A stretch of 63,915 nucleotides of DNA, the filler included, from Thermoplasmatota archaeon (lineage in GTDB: Archaea > Thermoplasmatota > E2 > JACPAO01 > JAHFTW01), in assembly GCA_041623215.1 (NCBI GenBank). It is 15 parts of 15 records of this genome, joined end to end, with 100 filler letters (N's around TTAATTAATTAA, not from the genome) between each part and the next. Parts side by side here need not be neighbours in the genome. Positions count along the whole stretch, not along the records: positions 61,347 to 63,915 come from JBFJXH010000192.1; 14 more parts are not named here. One strand, written 5' to 3'. Shown here piece after piece: positions 61,347-63,915 of this stretch. Position 1 is the stretch's first letter. Each line of letters begins with the position of its first letter. The translations under genes and the position numbers were made by a program. The notes beneath the pieces are model-generated. The model saw nothing but the letters and a program-made list of their open reading frames with translations. It did not search any database and had not been told where the DNA came from.

Positions 61347-61748
61347 AACGCCACGTCAACCTGCAACGGTGACGACGCGGACAATTGCAACGCGGTCGCG
61401 TTTGGCAGCGGCAGGAACGCCACGGCAGAATGCAACGGCAACGACAGCGATGGCTGCGATGCCTACGGGTCGATTGGGGCCGACGCCCACGCTGAGTGCA
61501 ATGGCGACGACGCCGACGACTGCGACGCCAAGGTGGCTTGGGGTGGCGGCGATGCAACGGCGCACTGCAACGGCTCGGACTCGGACGATTGCGACGCCAG
61601 GACCTACTTCTTCAGTGGCGATGCCACGGCCCGCTGCAACGGCGAAACCTCCGACGATTGCACAGCCCGCGGCGTTTGGTCGTGGGGCAACCGCCATGCA
61701 GAGTGTAACGGCGGCCAAAGCACCGGGTGCTCCCCGACAGGCAACTAA
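61347..61748 (+). CDS. Cys/Asp-rich 23-aa tandem-repeat protein, C-terminal fragment (only partly in the ORF track)
   Basis: Manual translation gives six units of [DN]AxAxCNGxxxDxCxA-x6-7, ending at TAA 61748. Confidence 0.8.
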   Translation, partial: NATSTCNGDDADNCNAVAFGSGRNATAECNGNDSDGCDAYGSIGADAHAECNGDDADDCDAKVAWGGGDATAHCNGSDSDDCDARTYFFSGDATARCNGETSDDCTARGVWSWGNRHAECNGGQSTGCSPTGN

Positions 61749-61818
61749 GTGGACGAAGAACCCCACGCAACCACGCCCGGTTCCAGATTCTTATGCACCA
61801 GGAGGGAAGTGGGAACTC

Positions 61819-62199
61819 GTGCCTGACGTGATGCACCTGCAAGACGAGCAGCGCCTTCAGGAGCTGGACGAGATGGAAGCGCGCTACCGCCAGCGCCGCG
61901 ATAACGCGCGTTGGTACGCAGTCATGGGCACCTTGATGATGTTCGCAGGCGGCATCAACGCCGGCATCGCCGTGGGCGGCGGCCTGATGACGCTGTATGG
62001 CTTGATTGCCTGGGGTGTGTGGGCTCGCCGTCTGGGCAAAGTGGAAGCCGAACAGTGGGACGCCTTGGACATCGACGACCCCTTTGGCCCCCAGGCCTTT
62101 GACGAGCACGCGAGGGGCGCGGGCCAGCGCGCATCACGCGACGAATCCGCTGAGGTGCCAGGGGGCCCCAGCTACCCCTGGGAACGGGACAATTTCTGA
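61819..62199 (+). CDS. Small two-TM hypothetical protein
   Basis: MHLQDEQRLQELDEME... followed by two TM helices; TATA-like CTTAT about 28 nt before GTG 61819. Confidence 0.6.
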   Translation: MPDVMHLQDEQRLQELDEMEARYRQRRDNARWYAVMGTLMMFAGGINAGIAVGGGLMTLYGLIAWGVWARRLGKVEAEQWDALDIDDPFGPQAFDEHARGAGQRASRDESAEVPGGPSYPWERDNF

Positions 62200-62678
62200 G
62201 GTCGAGGCGGCCACGCACCCTCAAGCCGCAGCAAGTCCAACTTCAGCGCTTCGCCGCCATCATATCCTCCTAGCGCGCCGCCCGATTGAACCACGCGGTG
62301 ACAAGGAACGACCAAGGGCAGGTGGTTACGGTTGTTGGCATTGCCCACGGCCCGCGCTGCGCCTGGCTTGCCAATGGCCTCGGCTATGTCCCCGTAGCTT
62401 CGCGTCTCGCCATACGGAATCGCCTGCAGAGCTTTCCACACCGCCTCTTGAAACGGCGTGCCGTGCATGCGAACCGGAAAGGACAGATCCTGCCGGCGCC
62501 CCTTGACATACTCTTGGATTTGCTTGGCGGCCTCGCGGGCTACGGCATCGCCGCGCGGGGCGCGGCCGACAGCGGCGGGTGTTCGTGAGCTGCCAGGTAA
62601 TGCGACATCCACGATGGCTTTGCCGCTGCTTTGGATGTGGAAGTCGCCAAGCACCGTAGGCACACGCACCCAGGTCAT
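62172..62678 (-). CDS. ogt: Methylated-DNA--protein-cysteine S-methyltransferase
   Basis: GTPFQ, IPYGETRSYG, ARAVG and VPCHRV. Confidence 0.94.
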   Translation of the reverse strand: MTWVRVPTVLGDFHIQSSGKAIVDVALPGSSRTPAAVGRAPRGDAVAREAAKQIQEYVKGRRQDLSFPVRMHGTPFQEAVWKALQAIPYGETRSYGDIAEAIGKPGAARAVGNANNRNHLPLVVPCHRVVQSGGALGGYDGGEALKLDLLRLEGAWPPRPQKLSRSQG

Positions 62679-62774
62679 GCGGTTGCAGGCGAGTCGCGCC
62701 GGAAAATGTTTGGCGGGGGGGATGCGAACGCGGACGGGCGCCGGCCTTTTGTGGCGCGGCGGCGATGGCGCAAT

Positions 62775-63194
62775 GTGTCCACGCCGTTCCATTTGGCCGT
62801 CCCCGTCCACGACCTGCAGGCGGCCCGCGCGTTCTACGAAGAGCTGCTGGGGTGGCGTGCGGCCGTGGTCACCGACCAGTCCATCATATGGGACGCTGGA
62901 GGCAACCAAGTGGTGTCCCATTGGGTGCCCGGCTACGAGGCGGCGGCCGCCGGCGCCAACGTGGTCGACCAGCACCGCGTCCCGGTGCCGCATTTTGGCA
63001 TGGTGCTAACCCCCCAAGAGTGGTCCACACTGCGAGAGCGCTTGCAAGGCAAGGTGTCGTTTATCATCAAGCCGCACACGCGCTATCCGGGAACGGCCGG
63101 CGAACAGCAAACCATGTTCTTTCGTGACCCCTCGGGAAATACGCTGGAGTTCAAGTCGTTCGCCGACCCCGTGCGCATGTTTGATCGCTCCTAG
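62775..63194 (+). CDS. VOC / glyoxalase family protein
   Basis: PFHLA, VPVPHFG and FFRDPSGNTLEFK. Confidence 0.9.
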   Translation: MSTPFHLAVPVHDLQAARAFYEELLGWRAAVVTDQSIIWDAGGNQVVSHWVPGYEAAAAGANVVDQHRVPVPHFGMVLTPQEWSTLRERLQGKVSFIIKPHTRYPGTAGEQQTMFFRDPSGNTLEFKSFADPVRMFDRS

Positions 63195-63292
63195 CCTCGC
63201 CACAAGCGCCGACGGCCCAGGGGGCGTGCAGGTCCGCTTCGGCCCCGGGGCGGCGGCACCACCATTAAGGTCAAAGCGGCGCGTCCACAGCC

Positions 63293-63915
63293 GTGCAAAC
63301 CATCGACCTGCGAAGCGACACCATCACGCAACCCACGCAAGCGATGCGCGACGCGATGCGCGACGCGGAGGTCGGCGACGATGTGCTGGGCGACGACCCC
63401 ACCGTAAATCGGTTACAAGAGGAGGCGGCCCGAACCCTTGGCATGGAGGCAGCGCTGTTCGTTCCGTCGGGCACGATGGCCAACCAAATCGCAGCCTGGG
63501 TTCACACGGCGCGTCACGGCGCCATTGTGGCGGAGGAAAACAGCCACCTCGCGTTGTACGAGGGCGGTGGCGCCGCCCTACTGGCAGGCGCCCATTTGCG
63601 AACCGTGGCAGCCCAGCGCGGCGTCTTTGGCCCCGGCGCCCTGGACCGATTTTGGTTCCCGGACGACCCCCACTTCGCCACCACCAAGATGATTGCCATC
63701 GAGAACACGCACAACTGGCACGGCGGCACCATCTGGACGCCGGAGGAGGTTGTGGCCATTCAGGACACAGCCCATGGCCATGGCGCCGTGGTGCACATGG
63801 ATGGAGCCCGCCTGTGGCATGCCGCAATTGCTCGCGACCAGCCGGAGACAGCCTGGACCGACCACGTCGATTCCGTCATGTGCTGCCTGTCCAAGGGGTT
63901 GTCTGCTCCCGTAGG
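63293..63915 (+). CDS. ltaE: Low-specificity L-threonine aldolase, cut by the window end; absent from the ORF track
   Basis: Manual translation [10 protein letters not shown]...[12 protein letters not shown]...PSGTMANQ...IENTHN...HMDGARL...[10 protein letters not shown]. Confidence 0.93.
   Translation, partial: MQTIDLRSDTITQPTQAMRDAMRDAEVGDDVLGDDPTVNRLQEEAARTLGMEAALFVPSGTMANQIAAWVHTARHGAIVAEENSHLALYEGGGAALLAGAHLRTVAAQRGVFGPGALDRFWFPDDPHFATTKMIAIENTHNWHGGTIWTPEEVVAIQDTAHGHGAVVHMDGARLWHAAIARDQPETAWTDHVDSVMCCLSKGLSAPV

Noticed and set aside
61369..61818. Thr/Ala-rich N-terminal half of track ORF 61369-62199
   Set aside because: Off-frame reading of the Cys-repeat gene. The real downstream gene starts at about 61819-61831.

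Overview
This window is not one locus. It is 15 short contigs (about 4.0-4.5 kb each; the first and last are cut by the window edges) joined by 100-nt N44-TTAATTAATTAA-N44 linkers, so adjacency across a linker means nothing. The DNA is GC-rich and archaeal: rpoH-rpoB-rpoA1 with an unsplit RpoB, archaeal-type TPI, archaeosortase, and TATA-like boxes about 27 nt upstream of mostly leaderless GTG/ATG starts. This is most compatible with a Thermoplasmatota MAG (inference). Most genes are housekeeping, metabolic or cell-surface genes. The main points of interest are: (1) a cyanophycin cluster (cphA-like, iaaA-like, cphB) whose synthetase has a degenerate ATP-grasp domain but an intact Mur-ligase domain; (2) an artA-pssD-pssA lipid-anchoring cluster, with a candidate sorting substrate on another contig; (3) a Cys/Asp-rich 23-aa repeat protein mostly missed by the ORF track; (4) a candidate structured small RNA behind a strong TATA box downstream of a PyrI that lacks its zinc domain; (5) a 71-bp tandem duplication that includes the tRNA-Arg 3' end; (6) a lipase/PlsC-like acyltransferase/acyl-CoA synthetase cluster; (7) a probably inactive FAH paralogue between hppD and hmgA. 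All family calls come from motif recognition by eye; no database searches were run.
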